Shown: positions 1 through 11,314, counted from the first letter of the whole stretch. The stretch: DNA of 62,498 nt, filler included, from Stramenopiles sp. TOSAG23-2 (GCA_900128395.1; 8 parts of 8 records of this genome joined end to end with filler, not necessarily neighbours in it); one strand, 5' to 3'. Numbers and translations are program-made. The notes: generated by a model from the letters alone, not told the origin.

Positions 1-1
1 T

Positions 2-430
2 AAAGGTACTTTATATGGAATGGATGTTGCAATTAAAAAACTTCATGCTCATACGGACGAAAAAGAGCGCGAACAAGCAAAATCATTATTACAGAATGAG
101 TTCAAAACGTTAAGCTTATGTAGACATCAAAATGTTGTACAAATATTAAATATTTGTTTCGAGCCACCTATGCTTATATTAGCGGGTGAAGGATTAAAAA
201 CAAACAATACATTAACAACATTGAACCTATATCGTAATAATATTACTGATGATAGTGGAATACAAAGTATTATTGATGGATTAAAAACAAACAATACATT
301 AAAGTACTTGAACCTAATAAATAATCAACTTAGTGATAATATGAAATCACAATTAAATGCTATACAACAATATAAAAGAAATGGATCAAACGGGTATCAA
401 CAAGTGGAAGGGATGTATATAAAGACATAA
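2..430 (+). CDS. 5'-truncated protein kinase N-lobe fragment joined to RNI-like leucine-rich repeats
   Basis: KGTLYGMDVAIKKL...NEFKTLSLCRHQNVVQIL (kinase subdomains I-IV, TKL-like) switches abruptly at PPMLIL to LRRs (GLKTNNTLTTLNLYRNNI, GLKTNNTLKYLNLINNQL); open at the window edge. Confidence 0.7.
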   Translation, partial: KGTLYGMDVAIKKLHAHTDEKEREQAKSLLQNEFKTLSLCRHQNVVQILNICFEPPMLILAGEGLKTNNTLTTLNLYRNNITDDSGIQSIIDGLKTNNTLKYLNLINNQLSDNMKSQLNAIQQYKRNGSNGYQQVEGMYIKT

Positions 431-716
431 TAATCAATATATATATTTATATACTACCAACTACAATATCCTATATATAGATATTTGCACGCCGCTTCTT
501 TTTTATTTACCAACTTTGTGCCTTTCATCATACTAATACCCACACTACTATTTTAATTTACTATTACTAACTACATGTGTGATATAAATACAACAACAAA
601 GATCATACATGTATATCGAATATGCAGGAATAAGATACGTAATTATATTTATTTATTATTATTAGTAGTAGTAGTAGTAGTAGTAGCAGTAGTATATGTA
701 CGTGTTGTATAATAAA

Positions 717-3638
717 ATGGGAACCACAACATCTTCTACAAAAAGTAGAAATACAGATGCAGCGAAACAATATGCACCTAAAACATGCTATGGATATTCA
801 TCTTCTATGAATTCAACATCAAAACCAAGTGTGGCAAAAACATTAGGTGGAAAGGGTTACCAGCTGCGAAAATTAGTAGAGTTGAAAACACCAGTGCCGG
901 CATTTATTATAATACCAACAAGTGTGTATAGAAAATTAATATTTGATAATCCTGCATTAAAGCCATTAACACAAAAATCCACTGGTCTAATATCATTAGG
1001 AGATTTAATTGAGATCAAAAAATTAATACGAGAACAAGTGAAATTTCCTTCTAGTACTATATCTGAAATCAAAGGGTTTTTAGAACTTTTGCCTTCCGGT
1101 TCATCTGTTTCGTGTCGTTCATCTGCAAATTGTGAAGATTCCACGGATGCATCATTTGCAGGGCAATTTGATACATATTTAAATAGAATAAATTTAGATG
1201 AAGTGATTGAAGCAGTGAAATTATGCTATTGTAGCGTATGGGAAAAAGCTGTTTTAGATTATCGTGAAAAATTTGATTTAAAGCAACAAATTGAAATGGC
1301 CGTAGTAGTTCAGTTACAGGTTGATTCTGAAGTTAGTGGTGTTGCCTTTACATGCAATCCATTAAATAATATGAGAAATGAATTTGTTATTGAAACAGTA
1401 TATGGGCAAGGGGAAGGATTAGTTAGTGGTGAGATTACGCCTGATAAATATATCGTGAATCAAGATACAAATGAAATTCATTTATTTGCTCCAGTAGTGA
1501 AAAATGAATATTATAGACTGTGTGTTAACAACAGCAATAACAACGATAATAGTAATAATATTACAAACGGAAATGGTAATCGTGGTATTGAAAAAGTTGA
1601 AGTAATGCCATTGCAAAAAAAATATAATCCATGTTTAAACACAGATCAAATCATGGAATTGTCAACTTATGGGAAAAAACTAAAAGAACATTATAAATGT
1701 CCAGTGGATATTGAATTTGCAATTGATAGTGTTACGAAAGAATTGCTATTGTTGCAAGTTCGTCCTGTAACAACATCAAAAGATTCAAAACCTACCGGGA
1801 ATCCCACTTTAAAATGGTCTTATAATCTTGATCAATATGACCAGAAACCGTCAAAAACATTTCTTCAATTGAATAAACAATGGTTAAGGCCATTGACGCC
1901 AATATATCAAGAATATATCAAATCGTTGAACGGGGCGACTGGCGGTTTTCGGTTTTTGGCTAATTATATACCATTATTACCCGATCCATACATGGCCATA
2001 GTGAATGGATTCGTTTTTATTAAAATGGGTAAAGGAGAAGATGCAGCTAAATTACCACCTTCTGAATGGTTAATCTGGTTAGTTGGTGGTTTATTGTTTG
2101 GTTCGGCGGATAAAGTCATCGGTAAAGCATTTTCAGAGAGAACATATTTAAATGAAATTGATGTTTGGGATAATAAAGTCCGGCGTGAATTTGATGATAA
2201 ACATCGTGAATTTGCAAATACTGATTTAACAGCATTAGATGAAAATGAATTGGAAGATTATGTTAAAGGTTGTTTAAAGCATTTAGAATATGGTTTACGA
2301 AATCATTTCATATTTTTAAGTGGTATTTTATTTCCACCAGGTGCATTAGTTGAATTTTGTGAAAGTATTACAGATGCAATACCAATGAAAGATATATTGG
2401 CTATAGTAAGTCAACCGGATGATATGTTTAATCATAGCCCTGGAAAAGTAATGCAAGAAGTTGTCTTAAACGGATACAAAACTGATACATCAGAGACGTT
2501 TCGAAATCAATTTGTCAAAGATCTACGTACATTACATGCAAAAGTTATGAACAATACATCTGAAGATCTGAAGGATAATGAAAAATTGAATGATGAATGT
2601 ACATCTTTCTTTAAAAAATATAATGCAGAGGAAAATGCTATAGGTAAAGGCTTGAAAGACTGGTATGATCTAACAGGCCATAGATTGTTGGGTCAATACG
2701 ATATGACTACTATAACTGCAATTGAGACACCTACTGTGATGATAGCAGATTTATTACAATGCATAGATCATAAGGAACATAAAGATCACGAGTTGCAACG
2801 AAAACAGGATGCAAAAAAAGTTCGAGATAAACTTCCACAAACAGATGAAATTTTGAAACAATTTGATATGCTTCTTGCGGATGCCCTGCGTTGTGATCGA
2901 TTGAGGGATGAACGAAGTTTACATGGGTTATTATCTGCTGGTGGACATTGTAGACGAGCATTAATGGAAGTTGGCTCACGATATTTTAAATCATCTCCCA
3001 AATCTGTCGAAGAATTTGAAATAAGCGATGTGTTGTATATAAGAGAAGGTGAATTAAATAATGTATTTGAGGTGAAAGAAAAAATTATGTCAAATTTTCC
3101 TTTATTAAGGCGTTTAGTTAAACGTAGAAAATTCTCGTTAACTTATACTGTAATGGATGCACCAGCTAATATTAATGGTCCAGCATATCCAAAACCAGAA
3201 ACAAATGTTGATAAGACATCTTTGCCAGCAAACGTAGCAAAAGGTTTACGAGCCGTTACTGTCAGTACACGTATGGTTGGATTAGACAGTGTGAGTAAAA
3301 ATCATGAACCTGGTGATACAGAATTAACAGGTAATGCAGCATCGAATGGTGAAATAATTGGCAAGGCACGGGTGATAAAACATACCGACCAAATTGGTAA
3401 AATTAGAAAAGGTGATATAGTAATCACGCCATTTACCAACAGTTCTTTTAATGTTGTTATGAGTTTATTAGGAGGTATTGTCACGCAAGGTGGAGGAACT
3501 CTCAGCCATGCTGGTATAATTTCACGAGAAATGGGCATACCATGTGTCACTGATGTTTTAAATGCTGTCAATGTCGTGCCAAATGGTGCAAAAGTAAAGT
3601 TGGATGGTACAAATGGAAAGTTGTATATTTTAGATTGA
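717..3638 (+). CDS. PEP-utilising-family dikinase with rifampicin phosphotransferase/PigC-like architecture
   Basis: N-terminal ATP-grasp (LGGKG, RSSANCEDSTDASFAGQFDTYL, GEGLVSG, DIEFA, LLQVRPVT), central helical domain, C-terminal phospho-His swivel (GGGTLSHAGIISREMGIP). Intronless. Start ATG 717 (AAAATGG context) preferred over 696. Confidence 0.85.
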   Translation: MGTTTSSTKSRNTDAAKQYAPKTCYGYSSSMNSTSKPSVAKTLGGKGYQLRKLVELKTPVPAFIIIPTSVYRKLIFDNPALKPLTQKSTGLISLGDLIEIKKLIREQVKFPSSTISEIKGFLELLPSGSSVSCRSSANCEDSTDASFAGQFDTYLNRINLDEVIEAVKLCYCSVWEKAVLDYREKFDLKQQIEMAVVVQLQVDSEVSGVAFTCNPLNNMRNEFVIETVYGQGEGLVSGEITPDKYIVNQDTNEIHLFAPVVKNEYYRLCVNNSNNNDNSNNITNGNGNRGIEKVEVMPLQKKYNPCLNTDQIMELSTYGKKLKEHYKCPVDIEFAIDSVTKELLLLQVRPVTTSKDSKPTGNPTLKWSYNLDQYDQKPSKTFLQLNKQWLRPLTPIYQEYIKSLNGATGGFRFLANYIPLLPDPYMAIVNGFVFIKMGKGEDAAKLPPSEWLIWLVGGLLFGSADKVIGKAFSERTYLNEIDVWDNKVRREFDDKHREFANTDLTALDENELEDYVKGCLKHLEYGLRNHFIFLSGILFPPGALVEFCESITDAIPMKDILAIVSQPDDMFNHSPGKVMQEVVLNGYKTDTSETFRNQFVKDLRTLHAKVMNNTSEDLKDNEKLNDECTSFFKKYNAEENAIGKGLKDWYDLTGHRLLGQYDMTTITAIETPTVMIADLLQCIDHKEHKDHELQRKQDAKKVRDKLPQTDEILKQFDMLLADALRCDRLRDERSLHGLLSAGGHCRRALMEVGSRYFKSSPKSVEEFEISDVLYIREGELNNVFEVKEKIMSNFPLLRRLVKRRKFSLTYTVMDAPANINGPAYPKPETNVDKTSLPANVAKGLRAVTVSTRMVGLDSVSKNHEPGDTELTGNAASNGEIIGKARVIKHTDQIGKIRKGDIVITPFTNSSFNVVMSLLGGIVTQGGGTLSHAGIISREMGIPCVTDVLNAVNVVPNGAKVKLDGTNGKLYILD

Positions 3639-3825
3639 GTGTTGTGTAGTGTTTTTTGTGTGTGTCCTCTATAGCTTTAAAAAGCATTTTTTTGTGGCAA
3701 TCATTTTTTAAAAAATATTTTTTTTTGGTACTCGTATTTTTTTTAGAATAATGTTCCTTTTTTTTATTTTAAAATTGAATATTATTAAATTTAAAAATAT
3801 GATCTACTTCGTATGATATTATGAT

Positions 3826-5156
3826 ACTTATTATCAAATCGTAAGAGAAGTACATTTTTTTATGTTTTATTAGCATCTTTTAAACGCTCTAATACCCAGG
3901 GTAAATCAGTAGCAAATAAAAGCTCTAAATCTTCTTTGATTGAAGGATCTTTCATACCATATGATGATGATTTTAAAACTTTATCCATTAAAAATGTTAC
4001 TACAGCAGAATCTATTTTTCCATAAAAATCATGTACTAATGCTTTGACCATCTTTCTTTTTTCCTCCATCGTACGTTGCTGTTTACGTTTTTTTACTTCA
4101 TTTTCCAATAGCCCATCATTACTTCTTCCCCTTTTCCCATTACTATTCATATTATTATTATTATTATTATTATATCCACCTCTTTGTCGATTATTTCGCA
4201 TATTATTTGTAGACATTTTTTTCTCTCTTTCTTTCATTAATATTGATATTTTCTTCATTATATCTTTTTCGATATCCTCCGCTGATTTTTGATTTTTTTC
4301 ATTATTATTATTATTATTATTATTATCATTATCCTCTAACTTTTTATCAATATTTTCATTTTTATCACTATCCATAGTTGTTGCATCTTCCATGTTGGAG
4401 TTTTGACTTTCTGCTTGTTCCAATCTGAATTTTGTTGCTCCGTCAACCTTTACTTTCATTTTCTTACCATCGATTTCAAATCCATCTAGTATTTTAATAG
4501 CACGACGAAATTGGATTGGTGTTTTAAATTTTACAAAACCAAAACCACGACATTTACCAGTTATTGGATCTGTCACACCTTTCCATTCTAGAAAACCATC
4601 AATGGCACCAAATAATTCTTTTATGAACACGTCCTCGCATTTACGTGATATATTTGATATATAACATGAATATCCTATGACAAACTTATTATCAAATCGT
4701 AAGAGAAGTACATTTTTTTATGTTTTATTAGCATCTTTTAAACGCTCTAATACCCAGGGTAAATCAGTAGCAAATAAAAGCTCTAAATCTTCTTTGATTG
4801 AAGGATCTTTCATACCATATGATGATGATTTTAAAACTTTATCCATTAAAAATGTTACTACAGCAGAATCTATTTTTCCATAAAAATCATGTACTAATGC
4901 TTTGACCATCTTTCTTTTTTCCTCCATCGTACGTTGCTGTTTACGTTTTTTTACTTCATTTTCCAATAGCCCATCATTACTTCTTCCCCTTTTCCCATTA
5001 CTATTCATATTATTATTATTATTATTATTATATCCACCTCTTTGTCGATTATTTCGCATATTATTTGTAGACATTTTTTTCTCTCTTTCTTTCATTAATA
5101 TTGATATTTTCTTCATTATATCTTTTTCGATATCCTCCGCTGATTTTTGATTTTTT

Positions 5157-5187
<31 letters not shown>

Positions 5188-5544
5188 CATTATCCTCTAA
5201 CTTTTTATCAATATTTTCATTTTTATCACTATCCATAGTTGTTGCATCTTCCATGTTGGAGTTTTGACTTTCTGCTTGTTCCAATCTGAATTTTGTTGCT
5301 CCGTCAACCTTTACTTTCATTTTCTTACCATCGATTTCAAATCCATCTAGTATTTTAATAGCACGACGAAATTGGATTGGTGTTTTAAATTTTACAAAAC
5401 CAAAACCACGACATTTACCAGTTATTGGATCTGTCACACCTTTCCATTCTAGAAAACCATCAATGGCACCAAATAATTCTTTTATGAACACGTCCTCGCA
5501 TTTACGTGATATATTTGATATATAACATGAATATCCTATGACAA
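3826..5544. repeat. ~860-bp tandem duplication of the 3' part of the RRM gene
   Basis: 3826-4683 and 4684-5544 look identical apart from one extra AAT unit; junction at ...ATGACAA|ACTTATT... Confidence 0.9.
3860..4683 (-). pseudogene. 5'-truncated duplicate of the RRM gene (or assembly duplicate)
   Basis: Same translation as 4718-5544; lacks the start codon and Pro-rich N-terminus. Confidence 0.6.
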
Positions 5545-5767
5545 CTTCTAATAATGGTGGTGGTAGTGCTTGTGCTGGCATAATAAATGGTTGCGTATCA
5601 TTGGATGCACCTGGAAATTGTGGAATGGAGGTAGTATTAGTTGTTGTTGTCGTCGTAGTAGTTGTTGTTGTTGTTGGTAGTAGTGGCGGAGGTGGCATCA
5701 TCATCATCATTGCATTATTCTTGTTATTTGTTCTTATTAATGGTGGTGGTTGTTGTTGCGACGACAT
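4718..5767 (-). CDS. RRM RNA-binding protein, RBM25/Snu71-like, with possible C-terminal PWI-like domain
   Basis: RNP2 CYISNI, RNP1 RGFGFVKF, RRAIKILDGFEIDGKKMKVKVD resembles the RBM25 RRM; Pro-rich N-terminus; helical C-terminus. Confidence 0.75.
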
Positions 5768-5893
5768 GTTTGATTATATTATTATTCTTATTTCTTTCTT
5801 TTTACATTTGCTACATTGTAATACTTCATAAATATATATATATATATATATATACATATATAAGTAAGAGAAACAAGTGTGTTATAGTATAAT

Positions 5894-7603
5894 ATGAGTG
5901 ATGATAGTGATGTAGACATGACAAACCAAGATTCAGAGGAATATGAATATGAAGATAGTGATATTGAATATACATATGACGAGGATGAAGATGATAATGA
6001 AAATTCATTCGATGGAAGCAATAGTTTTAATGATAGTGAGTCAAAGCAAAATGACTCTAGATTGTCGTTTTCACCTCCAGGATCAGGTAGTAAAAAACAT
6101 CTTGAATACCGTGTATTAGATAAAGACCAACTAGCTAAACGTAAAGAACATGCTGTATCTCAGTTAGTTGAAATACTTTGTATCAAACATGACGAAGCAC
6201 AAATATTATTAAGACATTATAAATGGGATCAAGGAAAGACGGAAAGTGAATGGTTCACAGATGAAGCGCGAGTACGTGATTTATGTGGTATTCCAGAAAT
6301 AAAAGATGCTGGCAAGAAAACTAGTGACAGTAATAAAAATAATAATAACAATACATTAGGTAAACGTGGTAGGACTCGAGGTAGTAATCCGCAACATTCT
6401 TCAGCTCCAGGTGACGGTTCCAAAACAAACGGAGATTTATGTCAAATATGTTGGGATAGATATGAAAAATCAGACATGGATTCTCTTGCATGTGGTCACA
6501 ATTTTTGTAAGGTATGTTGGGGTCAATTTTTATCAGTTAGTGTAGCCTCTGGACCAGTGTGCACAGAAGTAACATGCCCTATTCCAAAATGCAATGTACG
6601 TGTGCCACAAAGTAAAATTGAAGCATTGTCACGAAACGATATAGGGGCGAAATGGAATGATTTCATGATTAAATCGTTTGTTGATTACAATCGTAGTTGT
6701 AAATGGTGCCCGAAACCTGGTTGTCAATTTGCAATTGAATATCCTGGCGGTGGTGTTATCGATGTTACCTGCCCTTGTGGACCATATACCTTTTGCTTTG
6801 GTTGTAGTCACGAGGCACATTTGCCAGCATCCTGTTCCGACGTTGCTAGATGGAATCAAAAAAATAGCGCAGAAAGTGAAAATATAACGTGGATCATGGC
6901 AAATACGAAGAAATGTCCTAAATGTGGTGTAAATATCGAAAAAAATCAAGGGTGCAACCATATGACGTGTAGAAAAGCTACGGGTGGATGTGGCCATGAA
7001 TTTTGCTGGCTATGCTTAGGCGATTGGAAAGATCACGGAGCAAGTACTGGAGGATATTATAATTGTAACAAATATGAAAAAGTTAAAAAATCCGATAAAA
7101 AGTTAAGAAAAGATGAAGAAAGACGGTTGAAAGCAAAACATGATTTAGATCGCTACATGCATTTTTTCGAACGTTTCAACAGTCACAATCGATCTAGAAA
7201 ATTTGCTGGTAAAACGATGCAAGATATTCAAGTCAAACGTGAAATTTTACATGAAGTGAAAGGTTATCGTATCGAAGAGACAGATTTTATGGTAAAAGCG
7301 GCGAAATGTATTATTGACTCGAGAAGGGTATTAGAATGGACATACGTATATGGATATTATTTAGAAAATGAAAATGAACGTGGTTTATTTGAACATAATC
7401 AAGAGATGCTTGAACGATTTACTGAAAGTTTACATGAATTAGTTGAAGAACCTTTAGACGAATTTGTACAACCTGGACATGATAATCGCAATTTATTTGA
7501 ACAACATCGCCAAAAGATTACTGATTTGTTATCATCCACTGTAAAATACAAAGAAAATATGTTAGAAGGCATCGATAATGGTTTTGCAACACAATTTCGT
7601 TAA
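5894..7603 (+). CDS. ARI1: Ariadne-family RBR E3 ubiquitin ligase
   Basis: Acidic N-terminus, UBA-like LLRHYKWD, RING1 (CQIC...CGHNFC), IBR (KWCPKPGC), RING2 (KCPKC..IEKNQGCNHMTC, catalytic Cys), Ariadne domain (RYMHFFERF, RRVLEWTYVYGYY). Confidence 0.95.
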   Translation: MSDDSDVDMTNQDSEEYEYEDSDIEYTYDEDEDDNENSFDGSNSFNDSESKQNDSRLSFSPPGSGSKKHLEYRVLDKDQLAKRKEHAVSQLVEILCIKHDEAQILLRHYKWDQGKTESEWFTDEARVRDLCGIPEIKDAGKKTSDSNKNNNNNTLGKRGRTRGSNPQHSSAPGDGSKTNGDLCQICWDRYEKSDMDSLACGHNFCKVCWGQFLSVSVASGPVCTEVTCPIPKCNVRVPQSKIEALSRNDIGAKWNDFMIKSFVDYNRSCKWCPKPGCQFAIEYPGGGVIDVTCPCGPYTFCFGCSHEAHLPASCSDVARWNQKNSAESENITWIMANTKKCPKCGVNIEKNQGCNHMTCRKATGGCGHEFCWLCLGDWKDHGASTGGYYNCNKYEKVKKSDKKLRKDEERRLKAKHDLDRYMHFFERFNSHNRSRKFAGKTMQDIQVKREILHEVKGYRIEETDFMVKAAKCIIDSRRVLEWTYVYGYYLENENERGLFEHNQEMLERFTESLHELVEEPLDEFVQPGHDNRNLFEQHRQKITDLLSSTVKYKENMLEGIDNGFATQFR

Positions 7604-8133
7604 TATTTTTAAATATATTTAAATGCATATCCATAATATATTTAAAACAAATTTTTGATACTTCGTACTTAAATTTTAAAAACGAGCGCGTGTTTGTAAT
7701 AGTAAATAGGCTATTCTTTTAAAATATTAGAGTGTATGATTATATATTTTTAATGAAAATATTATAATATTTTGTTGTGGAAAGAGGAGTACATAATATC
7801 ATATGCATAATAAAATCACATTTCCAAACACAGTACGAAGTAAAAGAGGCGAGATATTATACAATAATTGTACAGCCGCACTTCGTATATATGATATTTA
7901 TTATTTACATGTACTCGTCCTAATTTATAATATTAAAAATATATATAATTATACACAGTACATATTTTAATTTTTTTATAAAATGTAGTACGTGTGTTAT
8001 CGAAATATTACGAGTAATATTTTCTCTTTTTGTGTGTGTCTTATTACTATTCTGTGACGACTATGATATGATAAAGCAATAAACAAGGACATATATGATA
8101 TTATACGTATTTAACCATATTGTTTCATTTTCA

Positions 8134-8655
8134 TCATACTCTATGTGAAATATCATCCATAAAACTTCCAGGTCCTTGCATACTACGACAATGGCTATCA
8201 TATCTATTTTCCATTTTTATACAATCTTCTGACTTCTTTTTTCTTCGCATACTTTGACCAATACTTCCGCTATATTCTATTAATAAAGTACTATATTTTG
8301 TAATAAAGTCTTCCTTCAATTGTTTTATATTATTACTATTTAATTTATCATTATCTTTTAAATGGTGTAAACGTTGTTTGAAATGATGTACAAGCTTTTG
8401 CCGCATTCTAGACGCAAAGGAATTAAGTTTTGAATCTGAACTTGATGATGATGAAAGGGATGTAGAAGAAGATGATGGCAATATATATTTATTATTATTA
8501 TTATTATTATTATGATTGTTGTGAAGCAATTTCTTCGTAGTTATAGCTTGATTACTATTTTTCATGTTTTCCGTATTACCATGTACTAAGTACATCAGTA
8601 CAAATAAAATCAGGAGCAGGCATGTTATATTATACTTTTTCAGATTCAATTTCAT
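8134..8655 (-). CDS. Hypothetical secreted or membrane protein (3' end may be spliced)
   Basis: 173-aa ORF with signal-peptide-like N-terminus (ITCLLLILFVLMYLVHG) and poly-N/S tracts typical of this genome; possible GTATGA donor next to the stop. Confidence 0.5.
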   Translation of the reverse strand: MKLNLKKYNITCLLLILFVLMYLVHGNTENMKNSNQAITTKKLLHNNHNNNNNNNKYILPSSSSTSLSSSSSSDSKLNSFASRMRQKLVHHFKQRLHHLKDNDKLNSNNIKQLKEDFITKYSTLLIEYSGSIGQSMRRKKKSEDCIKMENRYDSHCRSMQGPGSFMDDISHRV

Positions 8656-9360
8656 TTTACTATATACAATTGTTAAAAAATATCGACATAAATTGTTTCA
8701 TTTCTTTGAAACAAAAATTTCGTGTGTTATTGTGTATGTGTAAAGTCTGTCTTGTGTACTTATTTTAACTTTTACTCCCCATTTTTTTGTAGCTCTACTA
8801 CGAAAGGCCTCGTCTCGTCGTGGATTTCCAAGAAAAGAAGTTATAATTAGTCTGAAGGTGTGCTCTGTCTAAATTTGCACCTTAAATTAATACAAATACA
8901 TCTTAATATTTTATTATTGCATACGTGCATATAATTGAAATAATTATAAAAATACGATCTAAGATCCCGTGTGCAAACCATTTTATTAAGGTAATATGTG
9001 CAATCATACAAACAATTTAAATTTGTCAACAACAGCTTTTTTTATACGTTTTACAATTATTATTACGAGTAATCCTGCTAATAGTAAATAGTACTAGTAA
9101 TAAAGTAGAGTTGGACTAATAATAGACGACTATTATAATATAAATAATAATGGTCTCTATTACAAATACATAATATCATATGCTTTTTTCATCATTATGT
9201 TTACCAGGTTTAAACAAAATGGCATTGATAAACCAATACATCATTGTTTCAATTTACTAATCCTTCATATACGGCAAATATTGTCATCAATAAATAACCA
9301 ATACATTCGTTTTTTTGGTGGCATCTATTTGTATATATTCTAAATATATATCATATAATT

Positions 9361-10968
9361 ATGCCGGCTACTGTATATAAAATATTGTCAAAGCTTTTTT
9401 TGCAAGAAGTAATTGTCCCAGTTCAAACTAAAATTTCAGATGCAAGGGTTGTCAGAATATACAATACTGCATTAATAGTGACAACTGCCATGGCTGGGTT
9501 GTTTTTTGTATTTGCATGGAAAAGTTGGGCCGTTGCCACGCCTATTATGACTGGTATTAATATGTGGGTAGATAAATCTATAAGTTCAGATTTTCCAGAT
9601 CCTGTATATTGTAATAATGCGAACTGGGACTATATGTACAGTGCAACGTGGACTTATGACAATGTAAAATGTACCAAACCTCCACTCGATATGGTATTTC
9701 TTAAAGGTTACGGTGTGCCTGGTTCATTTTGGGTATCTAGTTACTTTAGCCATCAATTTTCCGAAAGTAAGCAATGTCATAATGCCGATACAAATAGTAC
9801 TTGTATAGGCGGAGATCTCGGTACTCAAATTGGAGTGCGAAAGAATGAATACGTATCTGGTGTTGAAGAGTATGTGTTATCATCCCAAATATCTTTAAGT
9901 GTACCAAATTATCATGGTGAAAACTACGATGGACGAACAACTAAACAAACCGTGCGAATAATTATAGTAAAACCAGATGGTAGTACCGTAGAAGTTGAAC
10001 ATAAAAAATTGGTGATTCAAAAAACAGTTGGGGAATGGATTGAACTGTTTGGATTAGGTTCTCTAGATAAAACAAGTGAAAACTTAAATGGTTTATATGG
10101 CGTGTCTGGTGATACAGGAGATATACGTTTAAGATTTACTGGGGTTAATCTATATTTAGATATGGAAATTTCGAACCACGATAGTTATTTTGAGATGCCA
10201 GGTGATATATTTATAAAGATTCATCTCTCTGTAGATTTAAATTGGCAAAGAACCATATATCCATCAGTACCAACTAGTTTAGATAAAAGAACCCGTTCTA
10301 CAGATGCATATGGTATGCGTTTTGTCTGGAAGACAAAAGAAACAAATGTGTTAGTATTTAGCGCGGGTCATGCAGCAATTACAGTATTAGATCTCTTCGT
10401 TTTTTTCAATGTGACTGAAGTTATTTGTATTTTGATATTTATGAAATGTTTTGGTGGAGATTCTAAAAAATGGAATCATGCAAGGCGAAAACATATAGAT
10501 AACTTTGTAGACGAAAGTGTTGTTGCAAATATGAGACTGGGAAATCGTTCAAAAACTCAAAGAAGAATGACCATGCCTGTTTCATCATCTAGGAAAGTGG
10601 TACCAAGAAACACAAAAAATGCAGAACTTGATGAAAGAATTGTCCAATTTGTGGAAAAAGTGTTTCCTGTTTTTGATCAAGATAAAGATGGAGCATTAAA
10701 TCCAATAGAAGCTCGAAATATGATTGAAGCGTTTACAAAACATGACGTGTCTGTAAAAATATGTACAGAAATTTTACAAAGCATTGATCAAGATGGAAAT
10801 GCTGCGATTGAACCGGAAGAATTAATTAAATTTGTACAAGGTGGCATACAATTAATATTTGATGAGAAAAAAAAAAAAGTTTATGCAGCTAGAAGCCCTA
10901 CTCATAAAGTAATTATAGAATTTTTTGTTGCAGTTGATCTTCGATTAAAGTATGGTGGTCGGCGATAG
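9361..10968 (+). CDS. P2X-receptor-like two-TM channel with C-terminal EF-hand pair
   Basis: TM1 (ALIVTTAMAGLFFVFAW), ~280-aa Cys-containing ectodomain, AYGMRF resembling the P2X AYGIRF motif, TM2, then EF loops DQDKDGALNPIE and DQDGNAAIEPEE. Confidence 0.75.
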   Translation: MPATVYKILSKLFLQEVIVPVQTKISDARVVRIYNTALIVTTAMAGLFFVFAWKSWAVATPIMTGINMWVDKSISSDFPDPVYCNNANWDYMYSATWTYDNVKCTKPPLDMVFLKGYGVPGSFWVSSYFSHQFSESKQCHNADTNSTCIGGDLGTQIGVRKNEYVSGVEEYVLSSQISLSVPNYHGENYDGRTTKQTVRIIIVKPDGSTVEVEHKKLVIQKTVGEWIELFGLGSLDKTSENLNGLYGVSGDTGDIRLRFTGVNLYLDMEISNHDSYFEMPGDIFIKIHLSVDLNWQRTIYPSVPTSLDKRTRSTDAYGMRFVWKTKETNVLVFSAGHAAITVLDLFVFFNVTEVICILIFMKCFGGDSKKWNHARRKHIDNFVDESVVANMRLGNRSKTQRRMTMPVSSSRKVVPRNTKNAELDERIVQFVEKVFPVFDQDKDGALNPIEARNMIEAFTKHDVSVKICTEILQSIDQDGNAAIEPEELIKFVQGGIQLIFDEKKKKVYAARSPTHKVIIEFFVAVDLRLKYGGRR

Positions 10969-11314
10969 TAAATTATAATCTATATCATCAAATATGGGGG
11001 AGTAATGGTAAAATGCATCATAATGTTTACGAACTTCGTAAATTTTACTAGAGATATTGGCGTGTGTCATAAAAAATTTTGAGATTTTTTTGTAGAGTGT
11101 TACTTTTAATTTTTGAAAAAAATATAATATATATAATATTAATATACCACACGATTTATGAAAAAATATTAATTACGAACGTACTCGTAATATTTACGAG
11201 TATACACACACATGAAAATATTAAAAAAATATTTTTTTTTAAATTTTAATATTTTTATATTTATTTTTATTTTTACATTTTTATGCACACACACACACTA
11301 GGTTTTTTTTTCCT

